Shown piece after piece: positions 22,595 to 34,485 of a stretch of 34,485 nt of DNA. How positions within the stretch are numbered: the first letter of the stretch is position 1; each line of letters starts with the position of its first letter. A program made the position numbers and the translations under genes. The notes beneath the pieces are model-generated. The model had not been told where the DNA came from, did not search any database, and worked only from the letters and a program-made list of their open reading frames with translations. Source of the DNA: Dimargaris cristalligena (Eukaryota); contig ML002390.1 in assembly GCA_003614675.1 (NCBI GenBank), forward strand, positions 1-34,485. Reading direction: 5' to 3'.

Positions 22595-24349
22595 CTACAC
22601 ACTGCACGGCTTGGCCAACGATGGCTTAGGTGGTGCCTCCGCATAGATTCGGTGATTGATCCGAGGGTGCCAAGTGTAGGTGACCAGGAAGGTAACAAAC
22701 GCGAACAATGATATGACGAAGAAGACGAAATGGAAATCAAACGGGAAACCATGGCCGCTAGCGAGGGACCAGCTCCAGACGGCGCCGGCCAATAAAGGTC
22801 CAATCGAGCGCCCTAGTGAACCGGCCGTCTGGCCTACGCCATTGACGGTGCCCAGCGCCTCTCGTTTAGGTACCGAATTATTCACGAGAATGTTGGAGCT
22901 CGTGAATGATAGGGTGTTACTAATGACTCGGAGAATGAGGGCCAAGATAAGTATCACCCACGTGATACCTCGAATGGACTCGGAAGTCGGTGGAGTATCG
23001 GCAGGGGGCATCAGGAAAGTTTCGTGGTTGGAAAAGGTGGGGCATAAAGATAGCGAGGGATGGGTTCGGCGGCCCGACTCGAGGGCTGCAATAAAGGGGA
23101 ATGCGAGTGCGAGCACGGTGTAGAGGAGCATTCCGTAGCGAAAGCAGAGCAAGCTGCCCAAATAGCGCTGGATCTTAGGATACACGGTAATTTGGACGTA
23201 AAGGACAGCAATGCCCGCGGCCGACAGGGTAAACCCGATGGTTTGGCTGTTAAGCCCAATGCCACCCAGGTCGGGGTGGGTGGCTGACCAGACCGGGTAC
23301 AGTTCGTCGAACATAATAGCTACCAAGGAGAGACCGAAATAACCCGCAATGCACAAGAGAGAGTCCCGGTTAAAGGCAATCGCAAGGGCTGCCCAGGCTC
23401 CGAGCTGTTTGGTTGGTGGCTCCGCAATATCTTTGGACAGCGCTGGTGATATGGCCGCCGTACGCTCCGTATTACGGGTGGCTCCCTCAGTGGGTGGTTG
23501 AGTATCAGTAGCCAGTACCAACTTCTGAGGCATGGGCCCTGATATGGTGCTATAATAGATGGATCCCGTCGACTGGGAGGAAGCACCTGGGATTCCACTG
23601 GGTAAGAGACTTGACCGCTCGTTCGAATTATCCGTCAACGACGGCGATTGTAGATTCTCGACGGAGGCGGTGCGGGATGAAGTGAAAGACGGTGCCGCAG
23701 GCAGTGTCCGATGGAGGGTTTCTTCGAGGAAGAAAAAGCACATGGTCCAGCTGCAGGCACTGAGGGCGGCGCAGAAGAGACAGGGGAGGAGGTAGGGGTA
23801 TTGGGCCAACAATACACTGTCACCGAACAGACTGGGGTAGTTGGCCACCGGATTGGCCAATAACCCGCCAATCATGGGGCCAATGATACTGCCCAGGTTC
23901 CAGCACAGTGGTAACAAACTAAACCCCTGGGCCTGGTTGGTTTCGTCGGTGATTTCGGCCATGATGGTTTTGGCGGTGCACGAGTTTCCGTTGAGGGCCC
24001 CCCATAACACCCGGGCCACCACGGCCCACGCCAGGGACTGGCTCAAACCAAACATCAGGGAGCTCACAATGGTGCCCATGACCCCCAGGAGCAGGATCGG
24101 CCGGCGGCCAATTCGGTCGGATAGGAAACCCCACAGCATACCTGTGGCTAGTTGGGCCACCGAAAAGGCCGAGGCCACGATGCCCACGTAGAACCCAATG
24201 GCTTTGGGGTCATCGGTGATGTGGAAGTCGCGCACCATGAAATAGACAAAGGGGAATAGGACGGTACAGTTGATGGGTTCGCTGAGTTGGATGAGCAGCA
24301 GTACAGTGACTTGCCACCACGGTAGCGGTGTTATGCGGGTGGTCGACAT
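22595..24349 (-). CDS. Major facilitator superfamily transporter, ZIFL/YCR023C-like (drug:H+ antiporter-related), ~584 aa, intronless
   Basis: TPLPWWQV N-terminus, EPINCTVLFPFVYFMVRDF, MFS motif A (GFLSDRIGRRP), GALNGN, EITDETNQAQGFS, GSIIGPMIGGLLANP, YPYLLPC, LGTVNG and RSIGP. About 12 TM segments with a long low-complexity central loop. Confidence 0.93.
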   Translation of the reverse strand: MSTTRITPLPWWQVTVLLLIQLSEPINCTVLFPFVYFMVRDFHITDDPKAIGFYVGIVASAFSVAQLATGMLWGFLSDRIGRRPILLLGVMGTIVSSLMFGLSQSLAWAVVARVLWGALNGNSCTAKTIMAEITDETNQAQGFSLLPLCWNLGSIIGPMIGGLLANPVANYPSLFGDSVLLAQYPYLLPCLFCAALSACSWTMCFFFLEETLHRTLPAAPSFTSSRTASVENLQSPSLTDNSNERSSLLPSGIPGASSQSTGSIYYSTISGPMPQKLVLATDTQPPTEGATRNTERTAAISPALSKDIAEPPTKQLGAWAALAIAFNRDSLLCIAGYFGLSLVAIMFDELYPVWSATHPDLGGIGLNSQTIGFTLSAAGIAVLYVQITVYPKIQRYLGSLLCFRYGMLLYTVLALAFPFIAALESGRRTHPSLSLCPTFSNHETFLMPPADTPPTSESIRGITWVILILALILRVISNTLSFTSSNILVNNSVPKREALGTVNGVGQTAGSLGRSIGPLLAGAVWSWSLASGHGFPFDFHFVFFVISLFAFVTFLVTYTWHPRINHRIYAEAPPKPSLAKPCSV

Positions 24350-27300
24350 GTTGAAGGGGGATGTGAATAGAATACAATGAATAGGGGGTAGTCGGTTTCG
24401 GTAATACAGAACGCAGAAGTGCGGCCACGATGGGTTGTCGCGGGGGACTTGGCCAGATATGCGTCGGGGGTAAAGTGAACTCAAACGTAGTAAAAAGAAA
24501 TGCGATTATGGAACGAAAAAGAAAAATAGAGACCGGTCGCGGGCTTAAAACGGGTCAGAAACTATACAGAACGAGATGTTTTAAATCCAACACTCCGATA
24601 ATCAATCTAGCGGGAGACTGGCCCTGCGAAACTCCTAGTAAATAAACGTAGATTTTTAAAATATATTAGGTGGGCACCGGCGAGCCTTATATACGACTAT
24701 AGATAGTCGCTATCGCAGACAGCCCTGGGAAAGTATAGTAGGGGCTACGAAAACGCTCGACAAAGGCCTGGCCCAGAGGATTAGCTTTAGCCGCATGACA
24801 ATGACCAGAAAGAAATAGAACCAGATTCATAGTGACTCCTCTCTAGTGGCCATCCCTTGCCTCAACCCCTATGACCGATGGCGACCATTATCCGCCGATT
24901 GGCTAGTTCTCTCAACAAGTATACCTCCCAGTTTTATTATCGCCGCAGCCTTTGGATATCTATCCTTCTACCTTTAGCATAAGCATGCACATGTATGTGG
25001 CACAGGAGTAGACCCGACCTGCTTGGTGAAATCTGGCTGAGTCATAGAGGAGGGTCTGGCTTGGATACGCCAGGAGACAAAAACTCCGCCCTCCTCTACT
25101 TCAGTGCCGACCACCACAGCCACCCATTCAGACTGAATCCCGGTAGAATTTGAGCTAATTATGGGTTCAGGCCATAATATTTGGTTCATATTTTACCTTA
25201 CGGGCGTTTTGCCTGGCTGTTCCTTTTTTTTTCTATAAGAAATATTCAAATCAGATTATTCGGCAAAGCCCAATTGTTTTTATTTTCTCGTTGCAGTGTA
25301 ATAAACAAACATGGCAATGTGTTAATTCATCGCCTGGGAGATTCCCGATTAAATAGGTAAACCGTCGGAATAAAATATGAGGGGCAACTCACTCAATGGA
25401 ACCATCCCCCGTGGTCACCATAGCCTCCTTTCGATACGGATATTATTTTAGCCTCAGTGGGTCCCACTGCACAGGACCAGCCAAGCCAGGCGGTTAAAAA
25501 TACCCTTTCTCGCGTCCTCGCCGGCCTACTGGGCTATTGTCACCACCACGAATACTGCAGCATACTCAGTCACACCACCGCCACGGAATGATTAATTAGC
25601 TCAAATTGTGGAGGGAGGAGGGTGGGCCCGGCTCCCATTGTTGGCTTAGCCCGAATACGTCGGTGGAAATTACTGGCTGTCTATACGGTGGTTTATAGAC
25701 ATGTCTCTCGGCACATCCATTTCCTGAAATGTTTCAGGGTGTGGGAGAGGATTTTATTTAAATGGGTGGTCTGTTGCACTATAATAGGCGACTCTTTATT
25801 CATTTTTAGAATAGGGAATGATTTCTTCCATCATATAATTTACATTTTTCTCTAACAGAAGATGTGTATTTATACTAGGCAGTCGAAATCTGCAGTATGT
25901 TGCTCGGCCACCAAAAGTCCTCACTAATTCATTTATATAAAAGTGACTATAGTAATAAGCCTCAATTGGTCCCTACTGTATTCTATTGCGAAAAAAAATA
26001 TCTTTAAAATGGCAGTTAGTTGCTTTAGGTTTATGGCCATTACTCTTATGCAATCTAAGGTCAATCCCCTTATTTCACCTTTCTGGGCTAAAATTAAGGA
26101 CCGGGCCAAAGCATAATACTGTCCCGGATCCCTGTGTTATTGTCGCCGTTTCCCACCCGCCGCCGTGTTTCGCATTCCCCTCGGCATTGGTCCTGTGTCC
26201 CCAGTCAGTCCTGCACATGCCCCCACCCCAACAACGCGCGGCCCTAAATCCACGTACTGAATTGAAAGTCACAATATACAGTCATCATCGTTTGGCTAAC
26301 ACGTATACTCGCTTAAATGGGGCAAGAAACAGTCTTGTTGGTAACTGCATATTCTGTTGCGAATGTCGCTATTCATTGGTGAGTCAAGTTCACAGATATT
26401 AAAGAGTGACAATAGTATATTATTGCCCAATCGTCTGGCCACCTGACCAAGACCGACTTGTTCGGCCAATACAGGCGCTGGGCCCTTGAGGAGGGTATGT
26501 CGATACCCGATATGTTTTTTTACTGTGCTATCACTGGCCGGCCTATTTTCTCGGCTATGAGAATACCCCTTGACTACTCTGCATATTTCGCTATACCTAT
26601 ATTGCATGTGGTGATTAGTAATCAATGGGGTCCGGGTATCTAGCAGCCTCGCCTTTCATAACCACGTGCAACCTATGCTGCTTTTTAAAATAACAATATT
26701 TGACCCCAAAATTTTGAATTCTCCGAATCTATTAGGTCTGGGTAACAACTCTAGTACACTTATACCGATAGCTCACCTAAAGTTGGCTATTCTATAGAGC
26801 TGGGATTGTCTTTTACGTTACAATAGACAAGACCATGGGATGCTCTAAAGATATTTTATGCTGGGGGGGGCAGGGGTAAAATATAATAGAAATAAGAGTG
26901 GTTGGCCAAAGTCGAAATTCACGTTATTAAAGGCCAGGTGGTTATTGGGGGTTTTGGAACCCCTGGCCATTAATTGTTATTGCATTGGGCTCCGCGGCTC
27001 AGTTGTTTAACTGACTTGCTTAGAACTCTCATGAGCCACTCGGATGGTCGCGTATGTCGTTAACCTTGACCTCGACAGGGGGATCCTCCTTAAAAAAATA
27101 TGTACTATTATTGCTCATTTAGGATATGCTCGTATTTAGAATGGGTCAGCGGATCCCCTCTTAATTAGTATAGTGGGGCCGATACTAAATTTGACCTAAA
27201 CTCTACATTTTGAACACCCTATATGAGGGAGTTGGATTAAGAACCAACAAAAAATAAATAAATTGGTAGAACAGAGCCATACAACTATATATTGCCTTGA

Positions 27301-30300
27301 ATTAGGTACATAAATATATACTGCATCCTTAAATACATATCAATCGAGGGATATTAAGTAATGATATAATTCAACTGCGATTGTCAGTATTTATCTACAT
27401 AAATAAGAGCTTTGTTTGATCTGGGACTGCATTGGCAGATGGATTCCTACTCCCAATACACTAGAATACAGTGATTGAAGCTCAATTGGACACTGACTGT
27501 GGCTACTATGGCGCCCAGTAAATGACGAGGCATAGGTCGAGAGATCCGTATTCTACTGAGATATAGATACACCAGTTCTGTATAACATCCTCACCTTATC
27601 AGAATACCAATTTGTAGTTGGGTATTCATCACACAAATATCCCCTTTACGAACTATATTCAGAGGCTGTTTCCTCGGTCCGGCAGTGGTTTGCCCCTCGA
27701 GCCCATTGCTTAGCAAATGATCAGCCTTGATAACTGAAATAAGTCGGACTTTGTGTGTTAATGTCTATTGTAGACATACCCGGTAGTGGCCGACTGGCCC
27801 TACTTTACCGTTGCCCTTATTAACCTGGTCAGTTGGTTAGTTGGATGTACAAAAACAGGCTGCATCACGTCCATTTATCTTCTGTGCATTGGCGTCAGCC
27901 GGCTAAGGCTAATTATAGCCCTTTCGTCGAAAAGAAACTTGCACGCCCAGCAGCTATAGAGAGCTATTGGGCGGCTAGGTTTAGTCAGTCAAACACGGGG
28001 TCGTTAGTATTCTAGTTGGGGTCTATGGGATTGGTGGTGGGGTAGAATGACCTGTGAACGAAGGGATGGGGCAGTTGTTTCACACTATACGATCTTTTTT
28101 TTAAAAAAAACGTAAAAAAGACCAGCGGCACTTGGTTAAATTGAATGGGGGCCTGTACTGAATATGAGCTATTCCCGAGATATCGAGAAAAGCGGAAGAG
28201 CGAAAAGCCCTTTCACCACGAGGATTTAAACGGGTCAACCCCTAGGGGGTATAAAGCATATCCCAATACAAGTGAGTAAAGTAGGGGATGGGTGCAAAGC
28301 TATTAAGGGGTTTTTAACCAATGAAATGAAGGAATTATGTAATATTTTTCTCCGACGGGGTTTACCTTAGGCCCGGCGCTATAGTGACCCGGTATATATA
28401 GATTCTTGGGGGCTTGCAAATGTCTAGCGGTGAGGGGGGTATTTTCTTAGCTATCGACTCTTTTACACATCTCGTTAAAGTTACATCCGGCCCCAATGGC
28501 TAAGTTGGAGCCCTTGTAATAGGGGCATAGTAAAGTTACCACTTGTCCACTCAGTAGAAGCAGTAATTGGTGGATTTGTGTAGAATAGAAATTGGTATTG
28601 TAGATGCCAAATACATTACCTCAAGTACTTTATAGTGGTATGTTCTAATATTAACTGCGCCCCTTGTAACATGATGCCCCTTGATTATTTTCCCATATAC
28701 AGGACTCCATCCCTTCCACGTATTGGTGCGTTTTCCCCGTGTAATTGTTATATAGAAAAAAGGGGCCAATCTTATTAAAGCTGGCTAAGTATTTTGGGCG
28801 TGTAAGAGTAGATGCATTGTGGTACATTGGTTGAAGCAAACCTCATAGTCAGCCACCGGTTTCGTGAAAACTTAAAGGGGTCTGTGTTTTTTTTGTATAT
28901 TGCATCTAATGGCCTGATATCCAGGGCCGAGTGCTCCTGTCTCTCTGCTCAGAGTGATACGTGGTTTAGGGTGGTGCGAGTTTTAACTTACCTTGTAGAA
29001 ATGCAGGGCATTTACAAGTTTAAAGTATCGCGATGCACCCGTCTCATGAATCCCCAGGAGTTGAGTACCCCTTCTCGTCCATAGTCGACGCCCTGGGGAA
29101 GATTTAATGGTTGAATGCTGTGGTGCAATCTACACATGTGTATTTCTAGTGCCTCGCGTTGCTACACTGCGTGATCCCGGTTCTGCCATATTCAAGAACT
29201 GGCCTTGTCACCGTTACATTCGACAGTCTCTGGCTAGGGCTGACCTCTTCATTTTTCCAGTGCCTCCATACCCAGGCCGCAATTCAATTATTTAATGCAT
29301 CCTCCAGTCAATATTACATGCGATGGTGTGCTGGAAGTTTACCATCTACTATAGATGATTTTACATTCCCCCCATAATTACGCTTAGCGACTAGTCTACT
29401 CCCCTGCGCATTTGTATAATCTACATTGGGTAGATGCTGGGCTGAATACTGGGACAGATCCGGCACGCTCCACTTGATTTGGGCATAGTGATGATACTGA
29501 CCTAATTCTAGGCCGGGGCTATAGGATATATCATTCAACTGCCAACCGCAATTGCTCGGTGGGGTTCCTTTGGATTATTTTTTTTGGCCCGCGATCTCTA
29601 AATATCACTATTGTTGACCCATACACCCCCCTCCCCCGTATTATTCCATGCCTACCTCTATTGGGAAATGTCAAATGTCATTCAGTAATTTGCTCGTCCG
29701 ATTGCTAAGGGAGGGGTGAGAAGCAGCCACCTACTTAGCCAACCCCTTACTCGTAGTTAAAGTTGTAGGTCATGGACCCAGGGGTTTTATAGGCCAACTA
29801 AAATAATCGTCATAGATTAATTATGACCTATTTTAGTAAGACTTCCGAACAATAGAAGTGTCCAAGGCGAGCACGGGAAGGGGGGTTCCGACCGAAACCC
29901 CAATAATCGCTCTGGCAACCAATCAATACAGGGCTTCACCGATTTGGTCGATAGCAGAGGTGAATTTCAAAGAACCTTAGGTTCATGTGGAGGGGTACTG
30001 CAGGCTAGTAGAAAAAGCAGGCCAGCTGACAGCGTAACCCAGCTCAACCCTTCCCGGCGATCGTGTTAGGGAGGTGAGGAATCCAATGGAAGTTACAGTG
30101 GTATTGAAGTATTGCTTCAGTATCAGCACGGCTGCGAGTTGTTCGGCCCCCCTGACAATCCAGTTTTGCCCCCGGCCTATTATCTCAGCTTCGATTCCTA
30201 CTCCGTGGCTAGGGACCCCGAGCCTCTCCAACATAGCATAAAATAACGAGGTGCCGCTCTTGCCGGGTTGGATTTGCTCTCCTTGTCTGACAGCCGACTA

Positions 30301-30547
30301 CCGAGTTACACGCATTATTTTGTTGTCATCATTTTTTTGTATATCCCATTCCTCTCCCGCAGAAAAAATATTCTTTAATCAAATAGTGCATTTGATGACC
30401 TGATTTAATATCGATATATTCGTATACCCGCTATCTTCAAACGGATTGCCCTCGAAATACTTGTATTCGTAGTGCTAATAAGTGCAATTTAGGTCAGCTG
30501 GTAGTAATCATCTAGTCTAGGCATTATCCTATTAATTTTAGTTTAGC

Positions 30548-33046
30548 ATGGCTCAAGACCACCCTGGCTCCATCAGCTTTAGTCCAGAGGGCGGAAAGGA
30601 TGTTCAGCCAGTGCCCGACATTTCTCTTCCCCCACCTACTTTACCACCGCCACCCATGGGTGCAGGGGAAGCCTCCAAAATCCCATCACCTAGAGTGCTG
30701 CCCCCCAGCGGGTCCCGATGTTCCAGCGGCCCTTTATCCAAAGTTTCTGAAAAACCACCGCCCTCCCCCGGGCCCACCCCAAGCCCTGATGCTCCGCGGC
30801 CCAGATATTCAGCGTTTTTTCGCCGAAGTCGAAGTCGAAGCCAGGCCCGGCCCTCCTTCTCTCCGGAGAAACTACCCATTGAAAAAGCCCCCCCGGTATC
30901 CTTCCTATCCCTCTTTCGCTTTGCCACCGTCTTCGACTGGCTGTTAATGATGATTGGTACCATATGTGCCATGGCCGTGGGAGCCTCCCAGCCGCTCATG
31001 GCCATCATCTTTGGGAGTATCCTACAGAATTTGGGGTCGTATACCTACAACTACCAAACCGACCCCGATTTGGCGAACGCCCAGTTGGAACAGACCATCC
31101 ACGACATGTTAAAGTGGGTTGGTATCCTGGCAGGGGCCACCTTTACCGCCGCTTTTGTCCAGATCTTCATGTGGTCCTACGCCGCCGAACGCCAGTGCCG
31201 GAATATCCGTGAACTTTACTACGCCTCTATTCTACGCCAGGAGATTGCCTGGTTTGACACGGTATCCACCGGCGACTTGACGTCGCGCATATCAGGGGAC
31301 GTGAATATGCTTCAGGAGGGCATAGGTTCCAAATTAAGCATCATCGTCCAGGATTGTACCTGCTTTGTCACCGGATTCATCGTGGCCTTCGTCAAGGGCT
31401 GGCGCCTAGCTCTTGTTCTCATGTCGTCCCTGCCCCTCCTCATTCTGTGCGGGACAATCATGTCCAAGTTAGTGGCAGCACGCTCCACCCAGGGCCAGGA
31501 TAGTTACGCCGGGGCCGGTGCCGTGGCCGAGGAAGTCATTTCGGGGATCCGTACCGTGATGGCGTTTGGCGGTCAGGAGAGGGAGGCCGAACGCTACGAG
31601 GGTAAAGTGCGGGGAGCCTTGCGCCAGGGGATCCGCAACGCTTATATTTCCGGTCTGGGGGTCGGCTGCATGATGCTACTAGTGTTCCTCACTTACGCCC
31701 TGGGCTTCTGGTACGCCATCAAACTGACAGCGGAGGGTACCCTCCAGGGCGACCAAGCCATTGCAGTGTTTTTCGCTCTGGTGCTCGGAGCCACAGCCCT
31801 CGGTCGATCAACCCCCTCGTTTTCCGCCCTTGCCAATGCCCGGGGGGCCGCAGGTCAAGTATTTCAATTAATCGCGCGGGAACGTCTGATCGACCCGCTA
31901 GCCAATACCGGGCTGACCTTGGATCGGGTCGAGGGACGCTGCGAATTCCGGGCTGTCCAGTTCAACTACCCGTCCCGCCCTGACGTGCCTATTCTTAAGG
32001 GTCTGACGCTCGATGTGGACCCCGGTCAGACGGTGGCCCTCGTGGGGCCCTCAGGGTCCGGAAAGAGTACCATTGTGGCGCTATTGGAGCGGTTCTACGA
32101 CCCCTCCGCGGGCGCGATTTTCCTCGACAGAGTCGATATCAAGGATATCAACGTGCGCTCCCTACGGAGCCACATCGGAGTGGTCAGCCAGGAGCCCGTA
32201 CTGTTTGGTGAGACTATTCGGCAGAATGTGCTCTGGGGGACCCTGGATGACCCCACTGGACCACCCGTGACGGATTCCCAGATTGAGAAGGCCTGTCGGG
32301 ACGCCAACGCCTGGGATTTTATTCAGAATCTGCCCCAGGGCCTGGACTCGCCCGTCGGCGAGCGGGGCACCTTTCTATCCGGCGGTCAAAAGCAACGTAT
32401 CGCGATCGCCCGGGCCATCATCCGAAACCCGCGCATCCTCCTCCTCGACGAGGCCACAAGTGCTCTCGACTCCAAGGCCGAGCGCCTGGTGCAGGACGCG
32501 TTGGATCGGGTTGCCCAGAACCGTACGACCATTGTGGTGGCCCACCGGTTATCCACTATTCGCAATGTCGATAAGATTGTCGTTATGCAGCAAGGCGAGG
32601 TCGTAGAAGTGGGCACTCATAACGCCCTGCTGGCCCGGGACGGTACCTACGCTCAACTGGTACGTAGCCAGGCCATCAAAAAGCGTGAAGATGGGGTAGA
32701 CGATACTTTTTTGGAACCGGACGATGATATCGACGAGGAAGATGACCCCTACGACACCCAGAGGACCGCCTTAGCCGTGGTGGGTGCAGCTCTCAAAAAC
32801 AACACCTCTTTCGCCGGCTCGGACGATGTCGTGACAGTGCAAAATTTATCAGTAGCTGAGAAAGTCCTGCGTAAACCACTGAGCCATAACTGTATCTCCA
32901 AGCCCCGACCTGGCCGAAAGAGTTGGAGGTGGGGCCGTAAACGCGACAGAAATGGGGAAGCGAAGATTGAAGAACAGTTGGCGCAGGCCAAGCGAGCTCG
33001 GCTGGCCAAGAAGCCCATGCCCCAAGGCAGTCCCAAAAACATTTAA
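30548..33046 (+). CDS. MDR1: ABCB/MDR1-type P-glycoprotein, N-terminal half (TMD1-NBD1-linker); the frame ends at TAA 33044-33046 inside an anomalous segment
   Basis: VSFLSLFRFA, ILRQEIAWFD, GWRLALV, Walker A GPSGSGKS, Q-loop VSQEP, signature LSGGQKQRIAIARA, Walker B ILLLDEATSALD, H-loop AHRLST, followed by an acidic/basic linker. Confidence 0.93.
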   Translation: MAQDHPGSISFSPEGGKDVQPVPDISLPPPTLPPPPMGAGEASKIPSPRVLPPSGSRCSSGPLSKVSEKPPPSPGPTPSPDAPRPRYSAFFRRSRSRSQARPSFSPEKLPIEKAPPVSFLSLFRFATVFDWLLMMIGTICAMAVGASQPLMAIIFGSILQNLGSYTYNYQTDPDLANAQLEQTIHDMLKWVGILAGATFTAAFVQIFMWSYAAERQCRNIRELYYASILRQEIAWFDTVSTGDLTSRISGDVNMLQEGIGSKLSIIVQDCTCFVTGFIVAFVKGWRLALVLMSSLPLLILCGTIMSKLVAARSTQGQDSYAGAGAVAEEVISGIRTVMAFGGQEREAERYEGKVRGALRQGIRNAYISGLGVGCMMLLVFLTYALGFWYAIKLTAEGTLQGDQAIAVFFALVLGATALGRSTPSFSALANARGAAGQVFQLIARERLIDPLANTGLTLDRVEGRCEFRAVQFNYPSRPDVPILKGLTLDVDPGQTVALVGPSGSGKSTIVALLERFYDPSAGAIFLDRVDIKDINVRSLRSHIGVVSQEPVLFGETIRQNVLWGTLDDPTGPPVTDSQIEKACRDANAWDFIQNLPQGLDSPVGERGTFLSGGQKQRIAIARAIIRNPRILLLDEATSALDSKAERLVQDALDRVAQNRTTIVVAHRLSTIRNVDKIVVMQQGEVVEVGTHNALLARDGTYAQLVRSQAIKKREDGVDDTFLEPDDDIDEEDDPYDTQRTALAVVGAALKNNTSFAGSDDVVTVQNLSVAEKVLRKPLSHNCISKPRPGRKSWRWGRKRDRNGEAKIEEQLAQAKRARLAKKPMPQGSPKNI

Positions 33047-33107
33047 TCAGATAGTATAATGTCATTTAGTATTAATGAACATTTTAGATTAAAAATGATC
33101 AGGGCCT
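33023..33107. other. AT-rich, imperfectly palindromic ~85-nt segment interrupting the ABCB gene where the elbow helix and TM7 are expected
   Basis: About 25 of 85 nt are G/C by hand count, against clearly GC-richer flanking codons. It contains an in-frame stop, the frame changes across it, and the conserved TM7 sequence is missing. Confidence 0.8.
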
Positions 33108-34485
33108 GCACTATTATCCCGTATCATGGCCGTATTCAGCAATGTGGCCAACCCCGTCCAAATGCGCACGGACGGCGATTTTTATTCGCTGATGTTCGTC
33201 GTTCTCGCCATTGTAGCCTTTATAGCGGCCACCGGCCGCGTCGGCCTATTTGCCATGAGCGGTGAACGGCTCACCTACCGCTTACGCCTGGCTAGTTTCC
33301 GCGCCATTATCTACCAGGATGCGGCCTTTTTTGACGATCGGGCTAACGGCACGGGCACGCTATGTTCAAAATTAGCCACTGAGTCCGAACGAGTAAAAAC
33401 ATTATGCGGCCGAGTGATCGGTACGCTACTGCAGAATTCGAGTACGTTTCTGGTGGGCGTTACTTTGGCCTTTGTCAACGGCTGGCAGCTGGCACTGGTG
33501 GTTATGGCATGCACGCCCATCCCCGCCCTCGGTAGTATTATGCAGATGAAGCGCCTGGAGGGCTTCGACGGCAAGACCAAAAAGGCCTACGACCGGGCCG
33601 CCCAAACCGCCTCCGAAACGGTCGCCAATCTGCGAACGGTGGCCACACTCGGCAGGGAACAGATGTTTATCGACATGTTTAAACGCTCGAATGACCAACC
33701 CCATTACGACTCCCTGCGGGGGTTCCTCTTCGATTCCTTCGGGAGTGCCCTGGCCCAGTCCCAAATCTTCATCATGGTGATCATCTCCTTTTACTATGGC
33801 TCGCGGTTGGTCCTGTGGGGCATCTATGACTTGGCGGATGTACTCCAGGTCATTTACGCCATCATCTTCGCTGCACAGAGTATTGCCCAGGCCGGCCAGC
33901 AGGTCAGCGATTTGCCCAAGGCTAAAGTAGCTGCGTTGAGCATCTTTGAGATTATGGACCGGGTGCCAGCGATTGATGCCCGTCAAGACGACGGCCAGGC
34001 CCGGCCACATATTGAGGGCTTCGTCGATGCCCACGAGGTAAATTTCAGCTATCCCTCAAGTCCGGACACGCCGATCCTGCAGCACATTAACCTCACGGCT
34101 CACCCCGGACAAACAATCGCCTTGGTGGGTAATTCCGGGTCGGGTAAGAGCACGCTGATTGCCCTGGCCCAGCGTCTATACGATGTCACCGCGGGCGCGG
34201 TGAGTATCGAACACGTGGACACTCGAGAATGGCACCTTGCGAACCTGCGCTCCCACATGGCCCTCGTGGGCCAGGAACCCGTCCTGTTCGACCTGTCCAT
34301 CCGAGACAATATCCGTTACGGCAGACCCCAGGCTACCGACGCAGAAATCGAACAGGCCGCCCGGTCCGCTAATATCCACGAGTTCATTGAATCCCTGCCC
34401 GACGGGTACCTCACCACCGTGGGGGAGCGTGGGGGACAGCTATCGGGGGGCCAGAAGCAAAGATTGGCCATTGCTCGGGCTCTCA
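33108..34485 (+). CDS. MDR1: ABCB/MDR1-type P-glycoprotein, C-terminal half (TM8-TM12 and NBD2, partial, runs off the window), in a different frame from the first half
   Basis: Hand translation from 33108 gives ALLSRIMAVFSN...SGERLTYRLRLASFRAIIYQDAAFFDD...GWQLALV...ANLRTVA..., Walker A GNSGSGKS, VGQEPVLF, and ERGGQLSGGQKQRLAIARAL at the window end. It is absent from the ORF track because it has no stop within the window. Confidence 0.92.

Noticed and set aside
29250-29275. Minus-strand GYGGTGK, resembling a Helitron/PIF1 Walker A
   Set aside because: There is no following T/S, the frame is very short and stop-bounded, and no other helicase motifs are nearby.
24974-30234. Numerous 60-140 aa ORFs between the MFS and ABCB genes, plus antisense ORFs overlapping real genes elsewhere
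   Set aside because: Many have non-ATG starts and none shows a recognisable motif, so they are consistent with chance or shadow ORFs.
33030-33087. GT-AG intron candidate (58 nt) to rescue the ABCB frame
   Set aside because: The length is frame-compatible, but the join creates AAT TAA (stop), and the donor GTCCCA is non-consensus.

Overview
This is eukaryotic, almost certainly fungal, nuclear DNA. It is intron-poor, with GT-AG spliceosomal introns of about 220-410 nt and several intronless genes, which suggests an early-diverging lineage such as Zoopagomycota or Mucoromycota (inference, not verified). Eight protein-coding genes are supported: (1) a 3-exon mitochondrial-type malonyl-CoA:ACP transacylase (MCT1/FabD, +); (2) a 3-exon Ctr-family copper transporter (-); (3) an unrecognised ~184-aa secreted protein (-); (4) a secreted GH18 class III chitinase (-); (5) an EI24/CysZ-like (Lds/Rrt8-type) membrane protein (-); (6) a secreted CE4 chitin deacetylase (-); (7) a ZIFL/YCR023C-like MFS transporter (-); (8) a full-size ABCB/MDR1 P-glycoprotein (+) that runs off the right edge. 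The clearest anomaly is in the ABCB gene: an ~85-nt AT-rich, imperfectly palindromic segment (33023-33107) sits where the elbow helix and TM7 of the second half should be, adding a stop codon and a frame change to an otherwise intact gene. Also notable are a co-oriented chitinase / Lds-like / chitin-deacetylase neighbourhood and substitutions in the chitinase binding site. I found no convincing tRNA, rRNA, CRISPR array or intact transposon.
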